The notes under the pieces are model-generated. The model was given only the letters and a program-made list of their open reading frames with translations. It was not told where the DNA came from and searched no databases. Shown in pieces: positions 19,321-28,730 of a DNA stretch of 64,000 bases (its first letter is position 1; each line of letters opens with the position of its first letter). Origin of the DNA: Synergistaceae bacterium. GTDB taxonomy: Bacteria > Synergistota > Synergistia > Synergistales > Aminobacteriaceae. A program made the translations under genes and the position numbers. The stretch is taken from positions 32,852-96,851 of the forward strand of contig WRHH01000004.1 in NCBI GenBank assembly GCA_009783355.1, written 5' to 3'.

Positions 19321-20315
19321 TTAGTGCAGGATAGACACAGTCCGCCATGCCCAAGCAACGACAAATCTTTCGCGCTTATCGGGTCGTCGGCCAGTATTCT
19401 TGGCAACACAAGATCAAAAATAGTCCTCTCAGCGTACATAACGCAGCCTGGAAGTCCGATTATTGGAATTTTCGTATTTTCACCGCCGTAATACGCGAGC
19501 ATAAACATTGCGCCTGGCAATACGGGTGCGCCGTATGACACGACCTCAGCGCCTGTATTTTGAATTGCAAGGGGAGTTCTGTCATCCGGGTCGACGCTCA
19601 TTCCACCTGTGCAAATAACTAAATCCATGCCACTGTCAATCATCTCTATGCATGTTCCCGTAATCTTCTCATGATCGTCGCCAAGAATTGCGTGTTTCAA
19701 AATATCAACGCCGTACTCCGAGAGTTTTTCTTTGATAACCGGCGTGAACGTATCCGCTATCCTGCCATGAAATACTTCGCTACCGGTGGTTATGACGCCG
19801 ACCTTTTTTCGCTTTAGCGGTATAACGTTCAGTATGGGCGACCCGCTGCACAATTGTTTTGCAGCGCTCATTCTGCTCTCTTCAATGGCGAGCGGGATTA
19901 TCCTTACTCCGGCAAGTACGTCTCCGGCTTTAACCGGAAAATTGCCGTGTCTTACAGCTATAATCATCTGCCCAAGCGCGTTGATTTCATCCATCTTTTC
20001 TTTATTGACCTTGAACAGTCCGTCAATCATTGAGCTTAACTCTATTTTGCCTTCCTTCGCTTCGGAGCGCGCGATATTAGCTCCACGGCACATGCCGCAC
20101 AACGCTTCAGCAGCGTCGTTTTCGTGCATCATGCCCGTTTCGTCTTCCCATATGTATATGTTTTCTTTGCCCAAGCTCAATAATATCTGAACGTCCTCTT
20201 CTTTAACGACATGGCCCTTTCTGAACGCGGGGCCTTTAGTTTCGCCGCGCACAATGCGGGTTATGTCGTGACAGAGTGTTGTCCCAACAGCATCTGCAGT
20301 CTTTATCAGCTTCAT
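19281..20315 (-). CDS. Molybdopterin-binding MoeA/MogA-like protein (selenium-dependent Mo-hydroxylase context)
   Basis: GVITTGSEV...ICTGGMSVDPDDRT and IIGLPGCVMYA (LPGNP-like) motifs. Start chosen at MKLIK (ATG 20315) because it has a GGAGGAAA RBS. The ORF-track start at 20459 overlaps modC. Confidence 0.6.
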   Translation of the reverse strand: MKLIKTADAVGTTLCHDITRIVRGETKGPAFRKGHVVKEEDVQILLSLGKENIYIWEDETGMMHENDAAEALCGMCRGANIARSEAKEGKIELSSMIDGLFKVNKEKMDEINALGQMIIAVRHGNFPVKAGDVLAGVRIIPLAIEESRMSAAKQLCSGSPILNVIPLKRKKVGVITTGSEVFHGRIADTFTPVIKEKLSEYGVDILKHAILGDDHEKITGTCIEMIDSGMDLVICTGGMSVDPDDRTPLAIQNTGAEVVSYGAPVLPGAMFMLAYYGGENTKIPIIGLPGCVMYAERTIFDLVLPRILADDPISAKDLSLLGHGGLCLSCTKCVFPNCGFGKGR

Positions 20316-20352
20316 TTTAAGTCTATTTCCTCCAATTCCATAACGAATATAA

Positions 20353-21396
20353 CTATCCATACAGCAGCATGATGTTCGCAGGGGATACACCAAGCTCGCC
20401 CCGAAACTGTTCCATCCTTTTTTCCTTTGGCATGAGCCACCAAATGTCCTGAGAATCATCTATCTGGTCTTTATATCGGAATTGGACGATATATTCAAAC
20501 TGTCCCTCAATCTCATCCGTTAACCGTACCGAGAAACGGTTTTGAATGGCCTTTGGGTTGAAATAGTGAGCTCTGACGCCTATGGCGCAAAGATCGTCGC
20601 ACACAGGCCGGGATGCTGTGAACCGCAATCCCCAATCAGGAACGTCTACTTCGTATTCGCCCGCCTTTTTTGCGTCTATAACGTTTTTACAGCCGGTTAA
20701 GTACGCTGCCTGACGGCTTTCGGGGTCGGCGAAAAGCTGTTTTGTTTCTTTACGGATAACTATTTTTCCGGCGTCAAGCAGCGCTATCTCGCTGCACAGT
20801 TGATAAGCCTCGTCCCTGCTGTGGGTGACTAAAAGCGTGTTTTTGCCAAAACGTTTGAGTAATTTCTGAATTTCGACCTGCAACTGGCTGCGCAAATGGC
20901 TGTCTAATGCGCTGAACGGCTCGTCCAGTATGAGCAGTTCGGGATCGCCGACAAGTATACGCGCCAGCGCAACGCGTTGCTGTTGGCCGCCGGAAAGTTG
21001 TTTTGGGCGGTTATTTTCAATGCCGCGCAATTGCATTATTTCAATTATTTCACTCAAAGAGCGTTCCTTTTTTGATTTGTCCTTTTCTTTATGCAGCCCG
21101 CACAGAATATTTTGGCGCGCGGTCATATCGGGGAAGAGCGCGTAATTCTGAAACAAGTATCCGACGCGCCTCCGTTGCGGGGTAAGGTCGATATTGCGTT
21201 CGGAATCGTATAATGCCCTGCCGTTCAAAATGATTTTGCCGCTGTCCGGCTTCAATATTCCGGCAATGCACATCAGGGTCACGCTTTTTCCGCTGCCCGA
21301 CGCGCCGAGCAATCCCGATACACCGCTATTTATATTGAACGATACGTCAAGGCAAAAATTACCTAGCCTTTTTTTTATATCAACGGTCAGGCTCAT
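20353..21396 (-). CDS. modC: Molybdate ABC transporter ATP-binding protein with TOBE domain
   Basis: Walker A GASGSGKS, LSGGQQQRVALAR, ILDEPFSALD, and a C-terminal TOBE-like domain. Confidence 0.8.
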   Translation of the reverse strand: MSLTVDIKKRLGNFCLDVSFNINSGVSGLLGASGSGKSVTLMCIAGILKPDSGKIILNGRALYDSERNIDLTPQRRRVGYLFQNYALFPDMTARQNILCGLHKEKDKSKKERSLSEIIEIMQLRGIENNRPKQLSGGQQQRVALARILVGDPELLILDEPFSALDSHLRSQLQVEIQKLLKRFGKNTLLVTHSRDEAYQLCSEIALLDAGKIVIRKETKQLFADPESRQAAYLTGCKNVIDAKKAGEYEVDVPDWGLRFTASRPVCDDLCAIGVRAHYFNPKAIQNRFSVRLTDEIEGQFEYIVQFRYKDQIDDSQDIWWLMPKEKRMEQFRGELGVSPANIMLLYG

Positions 21397-22061
21397 TTTG
21401 CCGCCGCCTTTCTATCTTGCTTTTCCAGCATGTTCACGGTGGTTAAAACAAGCGCGCTGATAGCTACGTTGACCATCACCCATTTGAACGCGAGGGCGTC
21501 GTTATTGGTACGCCAAAGCTGATAGACCGTCGTTGATATAGTAGCGGTTTTTCCGGGGGTATAGCCTATGAGCATACTTGTCGCGCCATATTCGCCAAGC
21601 GCGCGCGCAAAAGCCAAAACAGCGCCGGCAAGTATTCCCTGTCGGCAGGCGGGCATTCGTATTCGCCAAAAAATGAAAGTATCGCTCAAGCCGAGGGTTT
21701 GCCCCGCATAGGCGAGAGTTTCGTCAAAGCTCTCAAAAGCTCCGCGCGCCGTGCGGTACATCAGCGGAAACGCCGTCAATACGGCAGCGAGTATACCGCC
21801 GTACCATGTCATTACAAATTTTATCCCGTATTGAGCGAGGAACATGCCAAACGGTCTCCTTAACCCGAACAACATAAGCAAAAAATAGCCGCAAACAGTT
21901 GGAGGGAGTACGAGCGGCAGCGTTAGCAGCACATCAAGAAAACCCTTAAGTACGCGCGGAAGCCGCGCCGCGTAATAAGCGGCAAATATTCCCGTGAAAA
22001 ACACTATAACACAGCTTATCGCCGCGATCCTGACGGAATTTATCAGCGGATACCAATCCAT
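21393..22061 (-). CDS. modB: Molybdate ABC transporter permease
   Basis: 222 aa with the EAA-like motif region. Overlaps modC by 4 bp. Confidence 0.8.
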   Translation of the reverse strand: MDWYPLINSVRIAAISCVIVFFTGIFAAYYAARLPRVLKGFLDVLLTLPLVLPPTVCGYFLLMLFGLRRPFGMFLAQYGIKFVMTWYGGILAAVLTAFPLMYRTARGAFESFDETLAYAGQTLGLSDTFIFWRIRMPACRQGILAGAVLAFARALGEYGATSMLIGYTPGKTATISTTVYQLWRTNNDALAFKWVMVNVAISALVLTTVNMLEKQDRKAAAK

Positions 22062-22130
22062 AATCTATCTCCAAATCATATAATCGTTGCGAAGCGGGTG
22101 CTACTCCGCAATCTTTCTGTATGAACGCCT

Positions 22131-22982
22131 CTATGGTTTTGAAAAGCCGACGCTCTCAAATACTACCATAGCTTCATCGGAAGTCAAATAATCCAAAAAC
22201 GCGCGAGCGGCGTTCGGGTTTTCACTTGTCTTAAGAACAGCGGCGGGATAGGTCACACGACCGCACATTTCTGTAGTGGCATAATCCACGATTTCAAGTT
22301 TCGCGCTGAATGCGTCCGTGCAATAGATAACGCCGCAGTCAACGCTTGCTTCGGATACCTGAGTGGTCACTTCCTTGACATTAGAGCCGTAGCTTAAGCA
22401 CCCCGATGCGGCAATCGCCTTCTCGTCAAGTTTGTAATACGCAAGAATTCTTTGTGTGTATTGACCGACAGGCACATCGCTGTTTCCCATAGCCATTAAT
22501 ATTTTAGCGCTGGAGAGCGCGCTGCTCATGTCGTTAAAGTTGTTTATGTTCTTCGGGTTCCCTTTTGGGACTACTAACGTTACTCGGTTTTCAAGCAGGT
22601 TAATTCGGGATTCCGCAACGACGAAATCGAGTTTTTCGGTGTTGACGGTATCAGGGGCTGTTATGTCGAGTTGATCCATCTGCCTTTGTCCTGCGGATAT
22701 GAACAAGTCACATTCCGCGCCCTCCTGAATCTGAGTTTTTAGCGTACCGGAAGAGTCAAAGTTAATGGTGAGCTTAACATTCGGTTCCGTTTTGGCGTAC
22801 AGGGCGGCTATTTCCTGAAGCGTTTCGGTCATGGACGCCGCTGCGAAAATTATAAGCTCGGTCTGAGTGTCATTTCCGGGATATAGTACGCTTGACGGCG
22901 CTGCGGAAGCTCCGCAGACTGATACGCCAAATACAATAAATAGCACAAACGCAATGGAAAAGGGGTATTTTAAATTGATCAT
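22131..22982 (-). CDS. modA: Molybdate/tungstate ABC transporter substrate-binding protein
   Basis: Signal peptide plus a ModA-like periplasmic domain. Start at MINLKYPF (ATG 22982), which has an AAAGGA RBS. Confidence 0.7.
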   Translation of the reverse strand: MINLKYPFSIAFVLFIVFGVSVCGASAAPSSVLYPGNDTQTELIIFAAASMTETLQEIAALYAKTEPNVKLTINFDSSGTLKTQIQEGAECDLFISAGQRQMDQLDITAPDTVNTEKLDFVVAESRINLLENRVTLVVPKGNPKNINNFNDMSSALSSAKILMAMGNSDVPVGQYTQRILAYYKLDEKAIAASGCLSYGSNVKEVTTQVSEASVDCGVIYCTDAFSAKLEIVDYATTEMCGRVTYPAAVLKTSENPNAARAFLDYLTSDEAMVVFESVGFSKP

Positions 22983-23078
22983 TTTTGATAATCCTTTCTT
23001 GCTTTTCGCAAAAATATACAAGGCATGGATTTACACGCCTTGCTTTCACAATTATATCTCCCTTGGTGAGAATTAGTA

Positions 23079-23198
23079 GGGGCTGTAACAAAAGCTGGCG
23101 GCAGAATGCCGTCCCTACAACATATTGTGCTCACAATACCAAACAACCACTATATATTGTGGTTTGGCTAGCCAATATACTACTTTTGTTACAGCCCC
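23079..23198. mobile_element. MITE-like element copy 1 (16-bp perfect TIR GGGGCTGTAACAAAAG)
   Basis: Left end ggggctgtaacaaaag, right end cttttgttacagcccc. An internal hairpin ggcggcagaatgccg and the whole element recur, reverse-complemented, at 48479..48618. Confidence 0.75.
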
Positions 23199-23439
23199 TT
23201 TTCAAAGATAGTTTGAGATGAGCTTATTAATCTTGCGGAAGAAGATATTTCAGATGATGAAATCCGGGAAGAAATTGGTATAATATTTGATATGGCAACA
23301 CATGCGAGTTTATGGCGTTTCAAAAATCAAGCGCTAAGCTTTGTATCATGAAATTCATTTAAACCTGAATCAATGTAAAGAGATTTGTACAATAAAGTTA
23401 TAACGGCTCTAAAAAATTGTCAATGGAGATGATGTATCA

Positions 23440-23694
23440 ATGTTTTCTGACGATGTAAAACAAATATTGTTCGAAATGGGCGCAGATTTATGCGGTTTTG
23501 CTTCTATTGACCGTTTTAACGAAGCGCCGAAGGGCTTTCATCCTTGCGATGTCCTGCCTTCATGCAAAACGGTGGTTGTTTTTGCTAAACAGTTTCCGAC
23601 CGGCTCGTTGCATTGTAATACAACAGTGCCTTACACTATAAACGGTTATCAATTATATTCGTATCAACAACGAGCCCGTTTTCCACGCTTATGA
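23440..23694 (+). pseudogene. Possible N-terminal fragment of an epoxyqueuosine reductase (QueG)-like gene
   Basis: ILFEMGADLCGFASIDRFNEAP...SCKTVVVFA resembles the QueG N-terminal domain. Only 84 codons, and the ORF overlaps the convergent gene by 58 bp. Confidence 0.3.
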
Positions 23695-24133
23695 GCAGAG
23701 TTTCCTCATAAACAGTTTCATACCCCATATGAACATAATTGAGCACTTCTCCTCTGGGAACTCTCAAAACGCCGGAAAACCAATCCGCAAACAACGGCTC
23801 TTCTCCGGACAACTCAAACAGCCCGATAATGCTTGTGAGAAACAACCGTTTATCCTTTATTTCCCAGCTTCCTATATATAGCCTCCAACATGCGGTTGAA
23901 GAAATTATGGAAGGAAAAGTTCTATTCCTTACTTTCTCTTGAAATTCTTCTTGTGGAAGCGCTCTTATTCTGGGATTACCTACCGGAATCTTCGGCTCGG
24001 TAAACATATTTTCCGTTTTCCCTTCATAAACGAGTATTTCAGGAGTTTGAGCCGTAGCCAAGGCAGCGGTTGGAGTTAAAAGAATACAGCCTAATAGTGT
24101 AACAAAACACACAAATATCACATATTTTTTCAT
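23636..24133 (-). CDS. Hypothetical lipoprotein
   Basis: Signal peptide with LLGC lipobox. 165 aa, no recognisable domain. Confidence 0.5.
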   Translation of the reverse strand: MKKYVIFVCFVTLLGCILLTPTAALATAQTPEILVYEGKTENMFTEPKIPVGNPRIRALPQEEFQEKVRNRTFPSIISSTACWRLYIGSWEIKDKRLFLTSIIGLFELSGEEPLFADWFSGVLRVPRGEVLNYVHMGYETVYEETLLISVENGLVVDTNIIDNRL

Positions 24134-24218
24134 TGTTTACACGTCCTTTCTGAATAGGAGTTCCGTCATTTCACCAGTTCCAAACCCTTGAACCAGCTCA
24201 CAACGTTTTCATTATACA

Positions 24219-24254
24219 CAAAAAAGAGCTCAGGAGAATTATCTCTTGAGCTCT
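24219..24254 (-). terminator. Rho-independent terminator downstream of tRNA-Gly
   Basis: Hairpin agagctcaggagaattatctcttgagctct, with the A-run on the plus strand giving a U-run on the minus transcript. Confidence 0.6.
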
Positions 24255-24267
24255 TGATATAAAAAAT

Positions 24268-24342
24268 TGGAGCGGAAGACGGGATTTGAACCCGCGACCC
24301 CAACCTTGGCAAGGTTGTGCTCTACCCCTGAGCTACTTCCGC
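24268..24342 (-). tRNA. tRNA-Gly (anticodon GCC)
   Basis: Reverse complement reads GCGGAAGTAGCTCAGGGGTAGAGCACAACCTTGCCAAGGTTGGGGTCGCGGGTTCAAATCCCGTCTTCCGCTCCA. Cloverleaf with a GCC anticodon and encoded CCA. Confidence 0.9.
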
Positions 24343-24477
24343 AACGGGAAGTATCTTACATCACTAAAGTTCAAAATGCAAGAGGAAATTTTTATAACTT
24401 TTAAAAATATGAAGAAAACGTATTAAAGTACATGGTTTTTCGAATTCGAATTATTGAATAAATCATTTTGACCAGTA

Positions 24478-24548
24478 TTGACATTGGGCTGTATATCTGT
24501 TATTCTTTTTTTGTCGATGTGTTGGCACTCAATACAAGAGAGTGCTAA
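24478..24548 (+). promoter_or_regulatory. sigma-A-type promoter (TTGACA-17-TATTCT) plus CIRCE operator for hrcA-grpE-dnaK
   Basis: TTGACA at 24478, 17-bp spacer, TATTCT at 24501. CIRCE TTGGCACTC-N9-GAGTGCTAA at 24522..24548. Confidence 0.85.
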
Positions 24549-24573
24549 TACAGCGAGAGTAGGGGATGAGAAT

Positions 24574-25605
24574 ATGCTGACCGAACGACAATTAGGTATA
24601 GTTCTAGCAGTAGTATATGAGTTTATTAAAAGCGGGGAACCTGCCGGAAGCCGTACCATAACTAAAAAATATATAAAGGGCCTAAGCCCTGCAACAATTC
24701 GTAACGAGATGTCCGATCTGGAAGATATGGATTTTTTCTACCAGACTCATACTTCTTCGGGCAGACTTCCAACCGCCAAAGCTTACAGGGTTTATGTCGA
24801 TTCGATAATGCAACGAAGCCGCACTCCTTTCATGGAGACTGCAGAACTGGAAAAAGAGCTTTCTGAGCCTTCGGGTTCAAGAAAAATCGGGAGTATAGAG
24901 GATGTTCTGGAACGAGTGACCAGAATGATAGCGCGTCTCACAAATTGCGTAGGGGTTGCGGTGGTTTCCGCGCTTGACGATATTGAAATTCAAAGAATAG
25001 ATTTTGTTCACATGGGAAGTTCTTCAGTCCTTCTTATAGTGGTGTTAAGAGGCGGGCTTGTTTATCACGGTCATTTTTCCCTCCCGTACAGAATGAGCCC
25101 CAATTTACTTGAAGAATTTGCAAGGCGCATCAACACGATAGCTTCAGGAAGAAAATGGAAGGATGTAAGGCAGGTTCTTTACAGCTACGCGCTTTCAGGG
25201 TTGGAGGAAATGGAAGTTATTTGCGAGTCCGCTATGAAAGAGATGGAAAATCTTTTGATTTCAAAGAACTATCGCTTTTTCAGCAGCGGAGCTCAACAAA
25301 TTCTTAAGCTCCCGGATTTTCAAGAGATAGGAAAAATACAGGCAATACTCTCGCTGTTGGAAGAGGAAAAATACCTTGCCGATATGGTTCTGCAATGCAG
25401 AATGGAAAACAGCCTGAAAGTAAGCATAGGTAATGAGAGCTCTCCCGACCATATTAAGGACAATTCAATAATATTTCTGCCTGCGAAAGCTTGCGGGCAA
25501 CAAGCAGTTATAGGAATTATCGGTCCGCTCAGAATGGATTACGAAAGGTCTATTTCAGTTCTTGAGGGAATAGTAGCAGCCATGGAGGAGAAAGATAATG
25601 AATGA
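24574..25605 (+). CDS. hrcA: Heat-inducible transcription repressor HrcA
   Basis: Start at MLTERQLGIVLAVVYEFIKSGEPAGSRTI, with an AGGGGATGAG RBS. HrcA family pattern. The ORF-track upstream extension is unlikely, because it would span CIRCE. Confidence 0.85.
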   Translation: MLTERQLGIVLAVVYEFIKSGEPAGSRTITKKYIKGLSPATIRNEMSDLEDMDFFYQTHTSSGRLPTAKAYRVYVDSIMQRSRTPFMETAELEKELSEPSGSRKIGSIEDVLERVTRMIARLTNCVGVAVVSALDDIEIQRIDFVHMGSSSVLLIVVLRGGLVYHGHFSLPYRMSPNLLEEFARRINTIASGRKWKDVRQVLYSYALSGLEEMEVICESAMKEMENLLISKNYRFFSSGAQQILKLPDFQEIGKIQAILSLLEEEKYLADMVLQCRMENSLKVSIGNESSPDHIKDNSIIFLPAKACGQQAVIGIIGPLRMDYERSISVLEGIVAAMEEKDNE

Positions 25606-26173
25606 TAGTCAAGAGTTGAACAAAGAGAATGCGGCTAATATGTCTGAAAGTGAAATTTGTTCAGGCGAGGCGACAGAAACGCAAAATGAAACTGAAATGC
25701 AATTAACTGAGCTTCAGAATAAGGTATCGGAGCTCCAGAACGAGCTTGCGCTCGCGCGCGCCGATTTTTATAACTACCGCCAACGAATCGAAAAAGAGAG
25801 AGCAAGAATGCGCGCTTCGATATCAGAGGACAGAGTGCTCGACTTTATTCCCGTTCTTGATAATCTGGACAGGGCTCTCTGCGTCTCTCCGGACTCAACG
25901 GCTTCAGATGTGCTTAAGGGCGTAAAAATGGTACAGAGGCAATTCTTGAGCGTTCTGCAGGATATTGGTGTAGAAGCGATTGCAGTAAACCTGAGTGATG
26001 GTTATACGGACTTTGACCCTTTACTGCACGATGCGGTAGGCGCTGACGAGGTATCCGATCCAAATTTGGACAGGAGAGTAGTACAGGAATTATTAAGAGG
26101 GTACCGCGCTAAGGAAAGAGTTCTCCGCCCCGCGCAGGTGAGAGTAGGGAAATATGTACCGCCGGAAGAATAA
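25598..26173 (+). CDS. grpE: Nucleotide exchange factor GrpE
   Basis: Coiled-coil N-terminus and a GrpE C-terminal motif DPNLDRRVVQELLRGY. Confidence 0.85.
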   Translation: MNDSQELNKENAANMSESEICSGEATETQNETEMQLTELQNKVSELQNELALARADFYNYRQRIEKERARMRASISEDRVLDFIPVLDNLDRALCVSPDSTASDVLKGVKMVQRQFLSVLQDIGVEAIAVNLSDGYTDFDPLLHDAVGADEVSDPNLDRRVVQELLRGYRAKERVLRPAQVRVGKYVPPEE

Positions 26174-26234
26174 TTAATGCCAAACCTGCATAATTACGGC
26201 TTGGTATCGCAAAAAATTTCATGAGAGGTGATAG

Positions 26235-28091
26235 ATGATGGCTAAAATAGTAGGAATTGATCTCGGAACGACAAACAGTTGCATATCAGTACAGGAAGGA
26301 GATCAGGCCACAATCATTCCGAATGCGGAAGGGATGCGCACGACTCCTTCGGTGGTGGCTTTCACAAAGGAAGGGGAACGCCTTGTCGGGCAGCTGGCAA
26401 AACGCCAGTCGATTGTGAACCCCGATCGCACAGTGATTTCAATCAAACGCGATATGGGAACCGACCGTAGAATAACGATAGACGGAAAGAGTTACACTCC
26501 GCAGGAGATCTCGGCGATGGTGCTTCAAAAACTGAAACATGACGCAGAGGAATATTTGGGGGAAACAATAAAACAGGCTGTCATAACCGTCCCCGCATAT
26601 TTCACCGATGCACAGCGCCAGGCGACGAAGGACGCCGGCACAATAGCGGGGCTTGATGTCTTAAGGATAATAAATGAACCTACAGCGGCCGCTCTTGCGT
26701 ATGGAGAGAATAAACAGGGGGAGCATAAAATACTGGTTTTCGATTTGGGCGGAGGGACTTTCGATGTTTCGCTGCTTGATGTAGGAGAGGGCGTCTTCGA
26801 AGTCCTTGCGACAGCGGGCGACAACAGGCTCGGCGGGGATGATTGGGATGAGCGGGTAGCCCGTTGGATGGTGGCTGAATTTAAGAAGAATGAGGGAATA
26901 GACCTTTCGAACGACCGAATGGCCATGCAAAGGCTCCGCGAGGCTGCGGAAAAAGCCAAGGTGGAGCTTTCATCAATGGCTGAGACCTCGATTTCCCTGC
27001 CATTCATAACAGCAAATCAGACTGGCCCGAAGCATCTTGAAATGGCGCTTTCCCGCGCAAGATTTGAGGAAATGACGGCTGACCTTCTTGACAGAGTCAT
27101 TGGGCCGACGAAACGCGCTATTGAGGACTCAAAGCTTCCTGTGGGCGAGATAAGCAAAATCCTTCTCGTCGGAGGTTCGACACGTATGCCGATGGTTCAG
27201 AAGAAAATTCGCGAGCTTCTCGGCAAGGAGCCGACAAAGGGAATAAACCCTGACGAATGCGTCGCCGCAGGCGCCGCAATTCAGGCGGCGATTTTAGGAG
27301 GAGACCATAAGGATATCGTCCTTGTCGACGTGACTCCGCTTTCTCTTGGGCTTGAAACTTTGGGAGGAGTTTTTACCAAAGTTATCGAGCGCAACACAGC
27401 GATACCGGTCTCAAAAAGTCAGGTATTCACAACTGCCGCGAATAATCAGACGCAGGTTGAGATTCTGGTGCTTCAAGGTGAACGCGCCATGGCTTCCGAC
27501 AACGTCAAACTCGGGCAGTTCACGCTTGACGGGATAGCGCCGGCGCCAAGGGGAATACCGCAGATTGAGGTGTCGTTCAACATTGACGTCAACGGCATTC
27601 TCAACGTTTCAGCCAAGGATAAAGGAACCGGAAAGAACCAGAAGATAACTATTCAGTCCTCCAACCTTTCAAAGGACGATATTGAGCGCATGAAAAAGGA
27701 CGCAGAAAGCCATGAGGAAGAGGACAAAAAGAAAAAAGAAGCCGTTGAAGCCAAAAACGAAGCTGACAGCCTTATTTTTTCAGCTGAAAAAGTAATGAAC
27801 GATCTTGGAGACAAGATGACTCCAGATGAAAAGGGCAAGGTAAACAGCAAAATTGATGTCCTGAAAAGGGCTGTCGAGGGAGGCAACATAAGCTCAATAA
27901 ACAGCGCAAAAGAGGACCTTAACAAGACAATGCACGAGTTTTCCACCAGGCTTTATCAGGCGGCAGGAGCGGAATCTCCGACGGGCGACGCAGGCGCTGG
28001 CACAGGACATCAGGGGTATCAGGAACAAAGTGGTAATACTAACGACAGCGATACGGTGGATGCGGAGTTTAGCGATCACGGACAGGGGTAA
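26235..28091 (+). CDS. dnaK: Chaperone DnaK
   Basis: [19 protein letters not shown], and a canonical Hsp70 throughout. 618 aa. Confidence 0.95.
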   Translation: MMAKIVGIDLGTTNSCISVQEGDQATIIPNAEGMRTTPSVVAFTKEGERLVGQLAKRQSIVNPDRTVISIKRDMGTDRRITIDGKSYTPQEISAMVLQKLKHDAEEYLGETIKQAVITVPAYFTDAQRQATKDAGTIAGLDVLRIINEPTAAALAYGENKQGEHKILVFDLGGGTFDVSLLDVGEGVFEVLATAGDNRLGGDDWDERVARWMVAEFKKNEGIDLSNDRMAMQRLREAAEKAKVELSSMAETSISLPFITANQTGPKHLEMALSRARFEEMTADLLDRVIGPTKRAIEDSKLPVGEISKILLVGGSTRMPMVQKKIRELLGKEPTKGINPDECVAAGAAIQAAILGGDHKDIVLVDVTPLSLGLETLGGVFTKVIERNTAIPVSKSQVFTTAANNQTQVEILVLQGERAMASDNVKLGQFTLDGIAPAPRGIPQIEVSFNIDVNGILNVSAKDKGTGKNQKITIQSSNLSKDDIERMKKDAESHEEEDKKKKEAVEAKNEADSLIFSAEKVMNDLGDKMTPDEKGKVNSKIDVLKRAVEGGNISSINSAKEDLNKTMHEFSTRLYQAAGAESPTGDAGAGTGHQGYQEQSGNTNDSDTVDAEFSDHGQG

Positions 28092-28093
28092 AT

Positions 28094-28137
28094 GCAATGC
28101 ACAATGCACAATGCACAATGAAAGGCAAAAGATAAAG
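28094..28137. repeat. Heptamer array (GCACAAT x3-4) plus GAAAGGCAAAAGA box immediately after the dnaK stop
   Basis: gcaatgcacaatgcacaatgcacaatgaaaggcaaaagataaag. Confidence 0.7.
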
Positions 28138-28210
28138 AACTGTTTTGATATTGGGGTGCGGGTTATGGTTTTCGTACCAAATATAATGCAAGCGCAATAA
28201 AGACACTTTA

Positions 28211-28240
28211 GGGGCGGTTCGTTTATAGCCGCCCTTTTCT
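28211..28240 (+). terminator. Putative rho-independent terminator after dnaK
   Basis: gggcgg...ccgccc stem followed by TTTTCT. Confidence 0.4.
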
Positions 28241-28464
28241 ATTTGCTTTTTGGCTCGTCGCTTTGTCGTAAATTATGCCCGTTAATCGAACATGGTTGTG
28301 ATGTATTAACGCAGAATTGACAAAGCAGGATGTGTTACAGTAGAATCGTCAACAGCAAACGATTAAGTGGATTCATGCAACGCGGCTAATTTATCAAACC
28401 TGTTTAGCAAGCAGGAAAAAATGTGGCGCCGACCCGAATGGTGACGTAACATTACTTATGAGCT

Positions 28465-28725
28465 TTGTTCTGGATATATTTCAAAGGTTATGGGAAAGGT
28501 AGGTTAAAAAGTTTGAAACAGAATTTCACTGTTTTGATTGAGCAAGGCGAAGATGGCGCTTACGTTGCGACTGTTCCTGCGTTGAAGAGTTGTTATACAC
28601 AAGCTGATACAGTATCGGAACTACTTGAAAAGGTACATGAAGTAATTGAATTATGCTTGGAAGAAAATGAAGCTCAAGCTTATACCAAGTTTATCGGTGT
28701 TCAGCAAGTGGAAGTCACAGTATGA
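28465..28725 (+). CDS. hicB: HicB-family (UPF0150) antitoxin, orphan
   Basis: FTVLIEQGEDGAYVATVPALKSCYTQADTVSELLEKVHEVIELCLEE matches the HicB/UPF0150 consensus. No hicA could be read upstream. Confidence 0.6.
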   Translation: MFWIYFKGYGKGRLKSLKQNFTVLIEQGEDGAYVATVPALKSCYTQADTVSELLEKVHEVIELCLEENEAQAYTKFIGVQQVEVTV

Positions 28726-28730
28726 GCCAA

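Noticed and set aside
20316-20459. Long 107-bp overlap between the MoeA-like gene and modC
   Set aside because: Resolved by choosing the internal start MKLIK at 20315, which has a strong RBS. The upstream Cys-rich extension is likely non-coding.
24478-24573. ORF-track start of hrcA at 24478
   Set aside because: The extension would be translated through the CIRCE operator and promoter. The Met at 24574 has a good RBS and a canonical HrcA N-terminus.
28260-28464. Search for a hicA toxin upstream of hicB
   Set aside because: All three forward frames contain only short ORFs with no HicA-like motif (no KGSHH-type sequence).
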